A DNA stretch of 64,000 nt, from contig CM052816.1 of assembly GCA_028534125.1 (NCBI GenBank), forward strand, positions 97,342,001-97,406,000, in the 5' to 3' direction. This DNA comes from Lama glama (Eukaryota). The notes beneath the pieces were generated by a model. It ran no database searches and was not told the origin of the DNA. It was given only the letters and a program-made list of their open reading frames with translations. Below are positions 12,378 to 24,360 of this stretch, piece by piece. Made by a program: the position numbers and the translations under genes. Every line of letters begins with the position of its first letter. Within the stretch, counting starts at the first letter, position 1.

Positions 12378-13180
12378 TTTTCTAATTCGAAAAGCATTTT
12401 ATTTTTTCTAGCTTTGTTGTAATGTAATTGACATACAACACTGTATGAGGTTAAGGTGTACAAAGAATTGATTTGATATTGCAAAATGATTAACACCGTC
12501 ATGTTAGCTGACACCTCCAATCCTTGTGCACTGTTTGGTGGGATTGTAAATTGGTGCAGCCACTATGGAAAACAGAATTGAAGTTCATCAAGAAAATTAA
12601 AAACAGAACTACAATATGATTCAGCAATTCCACTTCTGGATCTATATCCAAAGAAAATGAAATCAGGATCTCAAAGAGAATTCTGCACTCCCATGTTCAC
12701 TGCAGCGTTATCCACAATAGCCAGGATGCAGAAACCACCTAAGTTTCCATCAGGAGATGAATGGATAAAGAAGTTGCTGTATATATGTGTTTACACACAC
12801 ATAATGGATAATCATGTATAGTTAGCCATGAGAAATAAGAAAATCCTGCAATTTGTGACATAAGGGCATTATGTTACGTGAAATAAGCCAGACAGAGAAG
12901 ACCAACACAGTATGATATCCCTTATTTGTGGAAGCTGAAAAAGCCAAAGCCAAACTCACAGAAACAGAGAGTAGACGTGGTTACCAGGGATGGGGAGAGA
13001 ACAGGACGGAGAAATGGGAGGATGCTGGTCAAAGGGTAAAAACTTCCATTTAGAAGATAATTAAGTTCTGGGATCTAGCGCACAGCATGGTGACTATAGT
13101 TAATGATACTGTATTATATACTTGAAAGTTGCTAAAACAGTAGATCCTAATCGTTTTCACCACACACACACCAAAAAAAG
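12378..13180 (-). mobile_element. L1MA9-like element with twin-priming inversion
   Basis: 12400-12520 is the extreme L1 3' end on the minus strand. 12521-13180 is the immediately upstream L1 segment on the plus strand. Candidate TSD gttctaatttt (12367-12377) / gttccgatttt (13181-13191). Confidence 0.8.
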
Positions 13181-14434
13181 GTTCCGATTTTCTATTCTTT
13201 GGTTTCCGTAGACCTTTAATTTCCACTTCCATTTTTCTTTCCTTCCATCACTATGCAACCAAGGAACTCCCTCTCCCCAAAAAAGCAATGTCTTTCCAAG
13301 ACTGCCACCTCCGCTCCTGTGCACGTACACATTGTCTCTTTAAATTCTCCATCAGTCAGTGTTTTGATCCATCAGGGTTCAGACAAGATATGAGGGTCTT
13401 TTTCTCTCTGAGGATGATTTTATTTTATTTACTATTTTATTTTTTCCTCCCCTGGGCTGCCACCATCTTTTCCTGTTTCTTGTGCAATTTGTTTCTAGTT
13501 CCGATCAGACACGGTCTCTGTATCTGGGGCTCTGTTGGCAGCTGGTAAATGAAAGTGCATTTCCCACCAGACAAATAACATAGGCAATTGTGAAATTCTG
13601 TCTCCTGGTCATGCTTCTGAGATGGGTTGTGGATGGTGTCATTTACTCTCCCTGTTCATGTGCGTGTTTTGGGGTGGATGTGTGGAGAAACTCAGATCAT
13701 GTGGCCATCGAAAGGGGACTACTGACACTAGAAATGGCAATTTCCCGCTTTTATCCCCAAGTGGTTAGCTAACACTTTTCTTGAAGGTTGAATTCATTTC
13801 CCACTGATCTGAAATGACACATATATGCCTGAGACTGTTTCCGTTCTATCCATCTGTCTATTTTTATTCCAGTAGCCACATCTTTTAATTATGGTAACTT
13901 TCACGCATTCTAATAGCACAGATATTCAAGTTACCATCTCAGGATCTTCCTTTACAACTTCCCTGGTTATTCCTGCTTGTGTATTTCTCTTTCATATTAA
14001 AGTTAGTGACATGTGATTAAGCTCCCCACACTTACATGTGTATTTTGGTTGAGATTGAAGACCAGGGGAAAAAACTTTGCTGCTTTTTTTTTCTAAGAAT
14101 ACAAAATCTTCATATGTAACATTATGCCATGCTAGATTAATTAATACCTTTCCTTATGAAACAGCTTAAAGTTTTATAGTTTTCTTCCAGGAGATTTCTT
14201 ATGTTTAGCCCTAGAAATATTACTGTTAATACTTTTAAACGATAACACTTTCCTAGATATACTAGTGTTAAGGTAAACAGAGTGAGTTACTGTCCCATTA
14301 TATCTGCTAACATTTTTCACTTGTATATTGAAAAGCACTTAAGCTTTATATATGAACTCAATAACACACAGACTTAACGGAATCTCTCCATTAATACTAA
14401 TGGTTTTCAATTGTGTATCTGACTTCTCAGGAGG

Positions 14435-14630
14435 TAATAATAAAAATGAATAACATGTACTGAGTGCTTGCTCCTTGCCAACTACAAAAGAGGCCCCTTA
14501 CATGCATTATCCAAGTTATTTAAACAACAAAATTTGAAGTATGTGGTATTCATAGTATCAATTGAGAGATTAAATATTAAAGCTGAGAGAGGTTAAATAA
14601 CCAGTGATCATCCAGCTGTTACATACTGAG
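14435..14630 (-). mobile_element. MIR
   Basis: taacatgtactgagtgcttg...tttacatgcattatc...gctgagagaggttaaataac. Confidence 0.6.
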
Positions 14631-15054
14631 GTCAATGTTAATAGCCACAATTAGTACAATTTTTCTTTATCCTTTCCTATATGCATACTTTAATTTTCCT
14701 CCGTGTTGACCTAAAGTTTAAGGACAATGTTATTCAACAGTATTCACAGCAAACATCCTTCTTTGGTCTTCACCTTGACGGGAATCCCTCTGATCTTACA
14801 TTTGTAAGAATTTGGAGGCCAAGACTGAGTTATACTTATAAAATGTTAAGGAAATTTCCTTTTGATTTTTATTTCACTGAGTGTTCCCCCACCTAAGACT
14901 TGTAATTGAATTATCTTAACTGTTTTGAGCCTACTTCAAAATGACCTTGCAAATGTTCCCTCTGACAGATTAAAACATTAAACGATATCACCAGATTTTC
15001 TAAAGTCAAACCATCCTTGCACTCGCAGAAGAAAACTACGTAGTTGTGCATGAT

Positions 15055-15320
15055 ATGTGTGACTTTCGGCAGATTTCTTCCTCTCTGTGGGCCTGTTACA
15101 CTATTTTATGTAGAATGGGAATATTAATACTATCAAGCTAACATTGTTATAAAAATTATTAGTTCATTTATTCAACAAATGTATTGAGTTTCTGTTTTGC
15201 ACCAGGGTGAATTCTAGGTTCTGTTATTAATACCAATGAGGAAAACAGAAAAAGACTTTGGAAGCTTACAGTCTACTTAACACAAGAACTTAGAATAGTA
15301 CCTGGAACATAGCATCATAT
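15055..15320 (+). mobile_element. MIR interrupted by an L2 fragment (~15160-15275, minus)
   Basis: tgtgtgactttcggcaga...tgtagaatgggaata, then ttcatttattcaacaaatgtattgag, then acttagaatagtacctggaacatag. Confidence 0.55.
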
Positions 15321-17522
15321 ATGCAGGGATTAGCCACCATCAATATTACAGTTTTAACACACTATTGGGCCAAATTTACCAATATTTTCCTTAAGATTTT
15401 GCATCTACAGCCATAAAATAATGTCAGCAGTACTACTGTTGTGTTGTCTTTATCAGGTTAGAATATTAGGATGATGCCAGAGTCATAAAAATGAATCGGA
15501 AGACTTTCCTTTTCCTTTTTTGCAATAGTTAAACATTACCAGAACCTCCAGTCCTAGAAATCAGCTTTTCCAATACTAAAGCCTTTTTAAAAATAAGTTC
15601 TCTCTTTCTGAAGTTGCCTTAATTCTGTTTAGGTAAGTATATATTTTATTAAAAATCCACTTACTTCATTAGCTTTTGGTACTTACTAGCATAGACTAGT
15701 ACACAGACCTACGATTTCCTAACAGCTGTGCACTGCTAAGCAGTGAAAGGGGATGTTTTAAAAGGACATACAGAGGGAAAGTCGGGAAAATAAAGAGCTA
15801 CTCTGCATCCTCCCCCGTCATCTCGGAGGTGAGTTCTGAAACCGAGGAAACGTAGGTGAGTCATTATGCACATAGCACTCATCATTTTAAAAACACAACC
15901 TCAGCTCATCAAGTTTACTCCTTATACTACTGAAACACAAATATGGAACGAAAACCAATAAAGCAAAAAAGATGTGACCACATGGTCTCTGTGGTCCCTC
16001 CTCGGCCTTCTCAGGACTCTGATGACCTGAGGACGGACTTACATTTGTGTGCTGCCCGCAGCACGGTGACAGCAGCCCGCTGAACGAGCCAGCCATCCCC
16101 TCGTCTACCCGTCTACCCCTCTCTCTCTCTGCACATTTTACCTGTCTCCCCTGTGCATTGACTTCTTAGTGCATCCACGTGCGAATGCACGGATAAAAAT
16201 ACCTTACAGGGTAAGTCATCATCTCTAACATAGTGACTTTGTTTCTCCTCTTTTAAAAGCCTGTTCTTTTGCATGTTTTGGGCACTCAAAATCATAAATT
16301 TAATGCAAAATCAGAAACATCTACTGAGGCAACCCTGATGATTCTAACTTTCCATTTAAAAATTCTAAATATCCCACCTGTGGTTCAACCCGGACTCTGT
16401 TTTGGGGCAACAAGAACAACCACCCTCTACTGTTTTCACAGGACGCCCCACGCTGACCACAGGTTACTCTACACACACGTGCTGGTGGTCGTGAGAGACA
16501 ACCGTTTTGATAAATTCAGTGATCTTTTACACGATTACTCCTTTTTCTGAAATGAATGAAAACTTTCCACTGATGAGCTAAATAATTCATTGAAACAGCC
16601 TCCAAATCTATTTCTAAATTAAAGAAATGGTAAGTATTTCATGGACTATTTTTAGAAAAGGATGTCAAGGTCTTCAGATTTAGAACACTTGCGTAAAGTT
16701 CCGGAGAAATGTAAGAGGTACAGTGTGACCTTTCCCAAGTTTACGTAAAATGGGACTAACTGCACTGGAAACAAAATACCACTCAGGAACCTTTTTATTA
16801 CCAACAAATGGAATACATCATCCTTCTCAAGATGAAAATAGTTCATAAACAGATTCAGTTTAGGTCATTTCATTTAAAAGTAACTGTCCTCCTTGGTCAA
16901 TGTATTTGGTTAAATTCCTGGGAAGAAAACAGAATTTTAGGTATTAAGGGCTGTTGTACTATTAATTTCCAAAAATAATTAACATATCCTATCTTAAGAG
17001 TCCACAGGAATAATTTAGATTCTTCTAAACAAATGAATTTGAGGTCCGTGACACAGAGATATATGAGCATCCTGGTGCATAATGAACGAGAGGCAGAAGT
17101 TCCCACCCAGCCAGTGTAACTCCTTTTATTTACAGCATATTCATTTCACACCATGCAGGTGTGATGCTAGCAGCCACTGGGACTAACATACATATGTATG
17201 TGCCTACATATGGCTCACACACTAGACCAAACTAAAAACGGCCACCAGAAGTAAAATATGGGTTTGCCTGAGCTTTCTCTTGGGGATGGGGAAGGTTTGA
17301 GTCAGAAATAGTTAAAAGGAAGTGACAGCAGATGAGAAACAGCTGGGTGTTTCCCCCAGGGGAGCACGGGCAGCTGGCAGGTGGGACAGCGGCCAGCAGC
17401 CACCGCGGCAGACTGGGTCCTCAGCGCACACTAGCTCGAGCACATAGACAATATGGCCTTGGGGCCGGTGTTCTCCCAGAAAGGCCTGGTTTAGAAGCAG
17501 AATCCACATTTCCACCTGTTAC

Positions 17523-17663
17523 CTCTTCTCACTATCTAAAATGTAGTCAAAACTACCAGGACAGCGAATCGAAATGAAGTCTGTTTCTTTTTGCTGTTTT
17601 TAATGCTGCGGAGTTCTGTTACACCTTGCCAGCTCTCCGGCTAATTCACACTTCGCTGGAAAC
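17523..17663 (-). other. Candidate 141-bp exon (non-coding or decayed coding)
   Basis: Acceptor tccctctcacag|GTT and donor GAG|gtaaca. Length is a multiple of 3. The phase-1 frame reads FQRSVN*PESWQGVTELRSIKNSKKKQTSFRFAVLVVLTTF*IVRR. Confidence 0.45.
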
Positions 17664-17849
17664 CTGTGAGAGGGACTCCCCAGGGCTTACTGGGGCTTTA
17701 AACTGAGCCTCAGAGCATCTCTGCGCTCAGGAAATTACTGAAACGGTATCAAGACTGTCTAACCACTTCTGTCTTCTGCCAGGCCGGGAGGAGTCCTTGG
17801 CCAGGGGATCAGGCCCTGCTCCACGGAACAGATGAACTAGTGAAATCTG

Positions 17850-18200
17850 AGCACAGATGAAGGGCACTGGTGTCTGACTTGAACAGCCAGGGAAACATTA
17901 CGGGAAGAGCCAGGTCAGAGATGAGGGTGGAGGCTGGGAGGCGTGAATGCACTCAGAGGTCACAAGTCAGCAGGAGGTCTAGACCTGATCAAGGGGCAGG
18001 GAGCTACACAGAGGGCTTGGAGCAGGAGGGCGACTGGCTGGCACCTTGACTTCAGAAAAGTCACCTCGCCCTGGAGAGACTGGACAGCAGGGGCCTGGGG
18101 GGAAGGCAGCTGGGAGCCTGTCATATTTCAGTCTGGGAAACAGAGGATCTGAGAAACAGAGGACCTGAGCTCAGGTAGTCACAGAAGAGAGAGAGACAAG
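17850..18200 (-). mobile_element. L2 fragment
   Basis: Purine-rich gagggcttggagcaggagggcgactgg...ttcagaaaagtcacctcg...tggagagactggac, like antisense L2. Confidence 0.5.
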
Positions 18201-19044
18201 AGTACAGACTTGACCTCTGGCATCCACCTCGGGCAAGCGGGCAGCATCTCAGGAAAAAACCGATGTACGCGTACAGAGCTGATTCCCAATCATGCCGCTG
18301 CCGCACTGCAGAACCACGTCCCCTCGGGGCTGAGGGTGCACCACCTCTCCTGAACAGACCCACGTGCCCGGGGCTTGCCTCTCTCCGGCGTAGCTCATCA
18401 GGTCAGTGACTGGCCGTCACCGAGCAGAAAGTCCCGTCCTCTCACCCCAGCTCAGGAGGGTGACTCCAGAGCTTCCAAGCTCCCTGCAGGGCACGATGTC
18501 TTTGCTGGGACCTAGGTCAGTCCACCGTCTCCCTCAGCCCAGCCTGCTTCCCTCCTTCCCCTACAGGTGTCGATCTCAGGATCCCACCCCCTAAGCCTCC
18601 TTCACAGTCCCCTTGATCCCCAGAGCCCAATCTGCACAGCATCCGTGACAAAAGAGGACACTGCTGGTACCAAGACACCTCTGAGCACTAGAGAACCATG
18701 GGCAGAGCGCAGGCCAAGAGCGCAGCCTGGAAGTCACGTGCGGCGTGGAAGGTGTTCTCGACAGGTAACCGGAAACAAGTGACATCTGAAAAGTGACCAT
18801 CACTTTGCATTATATTGACATGATATTGTATGTTCTATAACACAGGTAAAATTATCAATGCAATGTGAGAAACAAGTTGTAAATCTCTATCAAGAGACTT
18901 AAAGTTGTGGTCAGTAATTAAGGCACAATTCCACCGTTACGCACAAAATGTACACAGAAGGACTTACACGAAAAGCAAAAGAAACATACAAGACACAGAA
19001 ACAGAAGGAAAGGTCCCACCACTCGGGAAGGAGTGATTACGTAC

Positions 19045-20203
19045 TGTGGTGTCCGTTTGGTAGGATGGATGCTTCTCAACAAGGAACAGAACACCTCACA
19101 TTCCAGAAGGATGCGGGGAACTGTCTTACTGGGATCTGAACGATGCTGGAAGATACCATCCTATTCTCTCCGACTCCCTGGTGCTGGCCCCCAAGGCTGT
19201 CCTCCATAGCCAGTCTCTTCTGCTCCCAGCAACAAAATACGCTGTTTGTGGAGAATGAGCTAAGGAGGAATCTACCTGCTTGCCTGACTCTCCTCTGACA
19301 CCCACCTCTCAGCACGTAGGAAAGGTGCCTGATTCTCATCAGCATAAGACAGGAGAACAGGAGACAGCACTGAACTTCTCCAAATCTGTGGAACCTGACA
19401 TTAGGGGAATTGGTCTGGAGGCCGTCGAACTGACCGAGCCCCTAAGTAAATTCCACACAGACAGATCGGAGAACATCTCAGAGAACACAGAGGGGAAAAG
19501 CCTTGAGCCTGGTGAAGAAACTGGGTTTTCTGTCTGGGAGGCCCCTCCAGGGACACCTTTGATGCTGAAACTCAGCAGAGACTTGTCTGCATTCACGATT
19601 AGCCAGATTCATCGGAGGGACATCCCATTCAAACAACTGCTGGGAAGTTTTAAACTCCTCTGGCATTTCATCCTTTTATTTTTTTTCCTTAAACATTTCT
19701 GCACCTGTGTCCCTGTGCCTGCATCCACACACCTTAAGAGGCATCGGTCTCTATTCTGTCCCTGTGCTGCCACGTTTTGGCATCACTTACACTGGCCTCA
19801 AAAAAAGTTTGCTGATGTTCCATCTTCACGTTTTCTAAAAAAAGTTCTACGAAGCTCAGCATTACTTCTTGGGTACATGTTTGGTAGGATTCCCATGACA
19901 CAAGTGCTCTGTGTCTTTCTCACCCCCAGGCTAGGAACCATCCCTGCCTGTGCCCCCCGGACCCCTTCCCCCGGGTCTAAGATTTCCCAGCTCTCCCCAA
20001 AGCCAGGTCTGCTGTCAGAAGTTGAATGGTGCAGCCAAGGAAGAGCCAGCTCGTTGCCCAGGGGACTTGCCCATCTTTCCACCTCCTCCTCCACAGGTAC
20101 TCGCCATGCTGTGTGACATGTCATCTCCCCAGTGACACCTGCGCTCGTCCAAGACAGAGCCTGCTTCTTACTCAGCAGGGGCACCCGACGTCTAGCAGAA
20201 ACC
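19045..20203 (-). pseudogene. Candidate decayed large coding exon (~1.16 kb)
   Basis: Acceptor cttcttgcatatgccag|GG and donor ACA|gtacgt. Repeat-free and GC-richer than its flanks. Open for 134 codons from the acceptor, then protein-like segments broken by stops and frameshifts. No homolog recognised. Confidence 0.4.
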
Positions 20204-21316
20204 CTGGCATATGCAAGAAGCTACATTGGTCCTTTTCAAAATTTAATAAATGACTGCACTGTGGAATAAGGAAACAGGGTGTGCTAACTGGATAGATGAG
20301 GAAAACAAAATGACTTATTCAGTTATTTTCATGCTTATAAAAAGCACATTATAATTACCCCAAATGGAACTTCATAATCATCAAAGAAAGATAAAAATTA
20401 ATATTACAGAAAGTTGGTTTTAATTAAAAGTATAATGACAACACAGTTAGGGCTTACAGCTTCTTTGTTAGATAAAGTAGTGGTTTTAATACCTATTTTA
20501 AATCTAGATATCAATGGTCTATTTTTAAAATCTATATATACCAAAATTATTTGTTCTGCATTTAATGCACAAAATGCAAAAGTGCCAAGACGATAACTCA
20601 AAGTAAAAACCATATTGAGCTAATCTGCTTCCCTATGAGAGTCACCAAAAATCAGTTTTATGTAATTAATTGTTTTGATTAGTTTCTGGGTCCTCTTACA
20701 AACATAAGGCTAAATGAAAAGAAGTAAGTAATGTAATACAAAGCATCATTTCGAACTGCATTCTTTTCACAGCCAAGCACAGATACGTGAGACTGCATCT
20801 CCAACAGTACGAGTCCTAGTTATTACAGAGATGAAATTATAATTATAATTATAATAATAAACCAAGTAAAAGCCTCAGCTGCCCTTTGCAAATCTACATT
20901 AAAATACTTCCCTTTATTTAATTTTGTGCTTCTTGGGCTCCTGCTTAACATAAGTAACCTTGTTTTGTGATTTTTATTACTAGCCTTTCAATTGCTAAGG
21001 GCACGTCTGTATTTTTTTAAAACAGAACAGCATCTTCCCTTCTTTCAAGTTCATGTCCTCAATTATGTATATTTCATTTGCAAAGTTCCCATTTCTTACT
21101 TGTATCATATTGAATGGCCCTATTATTTCACAGACATCTGACTTAGGGTGATTGTGATTTACAGCATTATTAACGTGTCTTCTCTAAACCCCTGCTGGGC
21201 TGACACAGCGATTCAGGACAGCCTTTAGAAAGGTCACCTCATGTACCTTAGCCCACATGGATTCAAGATTACTTAGCCATTTGTCACGCAATTCCATCAC
21301 CAAAGTGATGCTTAAA

Positions 21317-21376
21317 GATAGATAGATGATAGATAGATAGATAGTAAGACAGACGGACAGATAGACAGACAGACAG
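21317..21376. repeat. Compound (GATA)n/(GACA)n microsatellite
   Basis: gatagatagatgatagatagatagatagtaagacagacggacagatagacagacagacag. Confidence 0.9.
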
Positions 21377-22759
21377 CTTGCCAGAGACTTTCAGTGGTAT
21401 ATAATAATTCCCTATAAGGTAAATTTCTATTCTTTCCATTTTTGTTTTAAGATCAAGGCAATAAAGTCGTCAGAGAAGAATTTTATTGTGTGTGTATATA
21501 TGCCTCACTGCTCCTGTGGTCTAATCCTAAATTCGCCCAATCAAGACCACTTTACCTCTACCCAAAGGCAGAGCTCTGGACATGCACTTGCTTCTTGGTC
21601 ACCTGACAGGCTGGGTGCCAATGGAGCAAACTGAAATCAGCTTGAAGCAAATCATGAATAGTTAAATATCCCCATCTGAAAATAATTCCATTTAATATCA
21701 GAGAAAAGACTTCTGAAAGATACAAACAATGGTATTAACAGAATAAAAGGACAGCTCTCACAGAAGCTATTTATATTACACACCTCCTACCAGTTGTAAG
21801 GGAAAAAAGCTAACATCAATTATATATATTTTAGTCTATGAAAACGCCTACTTACTCTCACAGTAATAATGAACCTCCAATCACACACTGGATTTCCTTC
21901 TTTCGGAAGTAATATCCCTTCCCACAAAGAATGATAAATTGCACCACTCCAGTCCCGAAAGCCTTTACTTTTGCATTAAATAAAATGTTAAATCTGCCTT
22001 CAGTATTCAATCAAAAAGCACAGAAACCAAGACCGAGAGAAGAGCAATCTCACACTCCAGCGACACGCGGCTCATCTCCACATCTGCCACCTGCTCCCGC
22101 TAGGCCATCAGCAGTAGCGCAGGTCTGTTAACCTGGGTCTCAAAGAGCGAACGCTCCCCCTCACACACACTTGCGCACAGAGAAAGAGCAAAGGCAAGTG
22201 AAGAGTGCACCACCTTTAGGACATTCTAAGTTTCCCATCCTGGGAGAACTCTGAGTATTTTCTACCCAAATCGTGCCACTTCAAGTTCAGGTTGGGGACC
22301 AATGGGTTCATGCAAAGTTGTGCACATCCATGTAATATGTGTGTTTCTACATCTACCTATTGTAACAGCCAAAGTTTATACATACACATACACAATTTAC
22401 TTTTGTAATCTTTAAAATTTATAAAAGCACCATCATGAAGAGATGCAGTCTGGTGGTGCGCACTTCGAATGCTCAGCTGCCCCTGGACACAGTGTCCTCA
22501 GTGAGTCATCAGATTTCCCTCTTTCTTAGGTGCTCTGAATGAATAAAACCACCGATATTTCCACCTTGGATTTATACTTAGAACCCTAATTATAGAATTC
22601 TCTTCCTAAATAGAAGTGCTGTATTTCTTCAATTTTATTATTTTATATTCAGAGCAATAGGTATCCAGTACAGGAAACATGGGAGACCAAATGAGAGGGT
22701 AAATCAATGTAAATATCTCTCACAGCCATAGGTCACTCATTTTATTATCTGGGTATTTA

Positions 22760-23430
22760 TCCTTCCAGCTTTTTTCTGATAAATTTAAAAAATTGGGACT
22801 GTATCATACATATTACTTTGCAGCGACATATCACAATTGGGATATTAACACAACTTCATATTATAATTTTCACTAGTGTACCAACAGATATTTTGTAACA
22901 TAGAGCTTCTCTGTGCTTCTATAAATTCAGAAACATCTTTTGCATATTTGTGTAATTATGTTCTTAGGATAGTTTACCAGATGCGGAACTAATATGCTGA
23001 AAGAGATGCACATTTTGAGACTTGAGGAAAAATTTGCCAAAATCCCTTCCAGGGATGTGTAGCAACCTACACGCCAGTGGCAGCATATAAATATGCCTGC
23101 TTTGTTTTGCATTATTATTCTTTCTGTTTTGAAAATGTCATATCCCTGACAAGTTAACTTGAATTTATTTATTATTGGTAAGACTGAACTTAGATTTTTT
23201 TCACTTATATCTGTTCTGTGAATTTTACATTCATGTCTTTGTCTACTCCGTTTGGGGGGCTTTGATCTTTTTTTAAATTAATCTGAAAAAACTCTCTAAA
23301 TTTCAAGAATATTAATCTTTTGCCTCTCACATATGTTTTGAGTATTTTCCCCAACTGATAGGTTTTTTTTCAGAACTGTTTATTGTATGTGTCTGTGTTT
23401 TCTTTCTAGACTTAGAAAAGTTTCAAATGT
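22760..23430 (-). mobile_element. Old L1 (L1ME-like) remnant
   Basis: aaattgggactgtatcatacata, ttcttaggatagtttaccagatgcggaact, and aatattaatcttttgcctctcacatatg. Confidence 0.55.
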
Positions 23431-23454
23431 GTGCGTAGCCATGCTTATTCAAGT

Positions 23455-23760
23455 TTCAGAGGGAGAAAGAAATGCACTGTGTAGAGCAAGAAAAAGGTGG
23501 GCTGAGAACTGACCACTGGATTTAGCAACATGGAAATTACTGGTGACCTTGACAAGAGCAGTTTCCCAAAACGGGCAGCTGTGACCTCTGCTCTCCTCTG
23601 GCCACTCTGACCTCATTACTGATCTCATCCCACTCTGGACTGGTGTGGGGTCCAAGAACAACTGTCACCAGACAGCACAGACAACTCTTCAAGGAGTTTT
23701 GTTATAAATAGAAAGAGAAGAATGAGATGGTAGTTCATGGGAAATGGGGTCAAGAGTGAC
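23455..23760 (-). mobile_element. L2 fragment (continues ~24370-24500 beyond the L1 insertion)
   Basis: ctgagaactgaccactggatttagcaacatggaaattactggtgaccttgacaagagcagtttc. Confidence 0.75.
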
Positions 23761-23769
23761 ATTTTGTCT

Positions 23770-23887
23770 CTAATTAGGAAAGATACATGAACCCCAATGT
23801 TCATAGAAGCACTATTTACAAAAGCCAAGACATGGAAGCAACCTAAATGTCCATCCACAGATGACTGGATAAAGATGTGGTATGTGT

Positions 23888-23919
<32 letters not shown>

Positions 23920-24360
23920 CATAATGGAATATTACTCAGCCATAAAAATAATGAAATAATGCCATTTGTAGCAACATGGATGGATCTAGAGATTATCATC
24001 CTAAGTCAGACAGAGACAAATATCATATGATATCACTTATATGTGGAATCTAAAAAACTGATACAAATGAACTTATTTACAAAACAGAAACAGATTCACA
24101 AAAAAAGAAAACAAAATTTCTGGTTACCAAAGGGGAAAGAGGGGAGGGATAAATTAGGAATTTGAGATTAGCAGATACAAACTACTATATGTAAAATAGA
24201 TACACAACAAGGTCCTACTGTATGGCACAGGGAACTATATTCAGTAGCTTGTAACAGCCTATAATGAAAAAGCACATACATACAAATGTATAACTGAATC
24301 ACTATGCTGCACACCTGAAACTAACAACATTGTAAATGAACTATACTTCGATTAAAGAAA
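23770..24360 (+). mobile_element. 5'-truncated L1 (artiodactyl-type 3' end) with internal (CA)n
   Basis: ORF MFIEALFTKAKTWKQPKCPSTDDWIKMWY...EIMPFVATWMDLEIIILS is the ORF2 C-terminus. Candidate TSD gacattttgt / gtcattttgt. Confidence 0.9.

Noticed and set aside
19280..20116. Longest gap-free ORF (278 aa, + strand) as a gene
   Set aside because: It begins at a TTG rather than ATG and has no recognisable domain. The splice signals here are on the minus strand, so it is more likely an antisense shadow or chance ORF.
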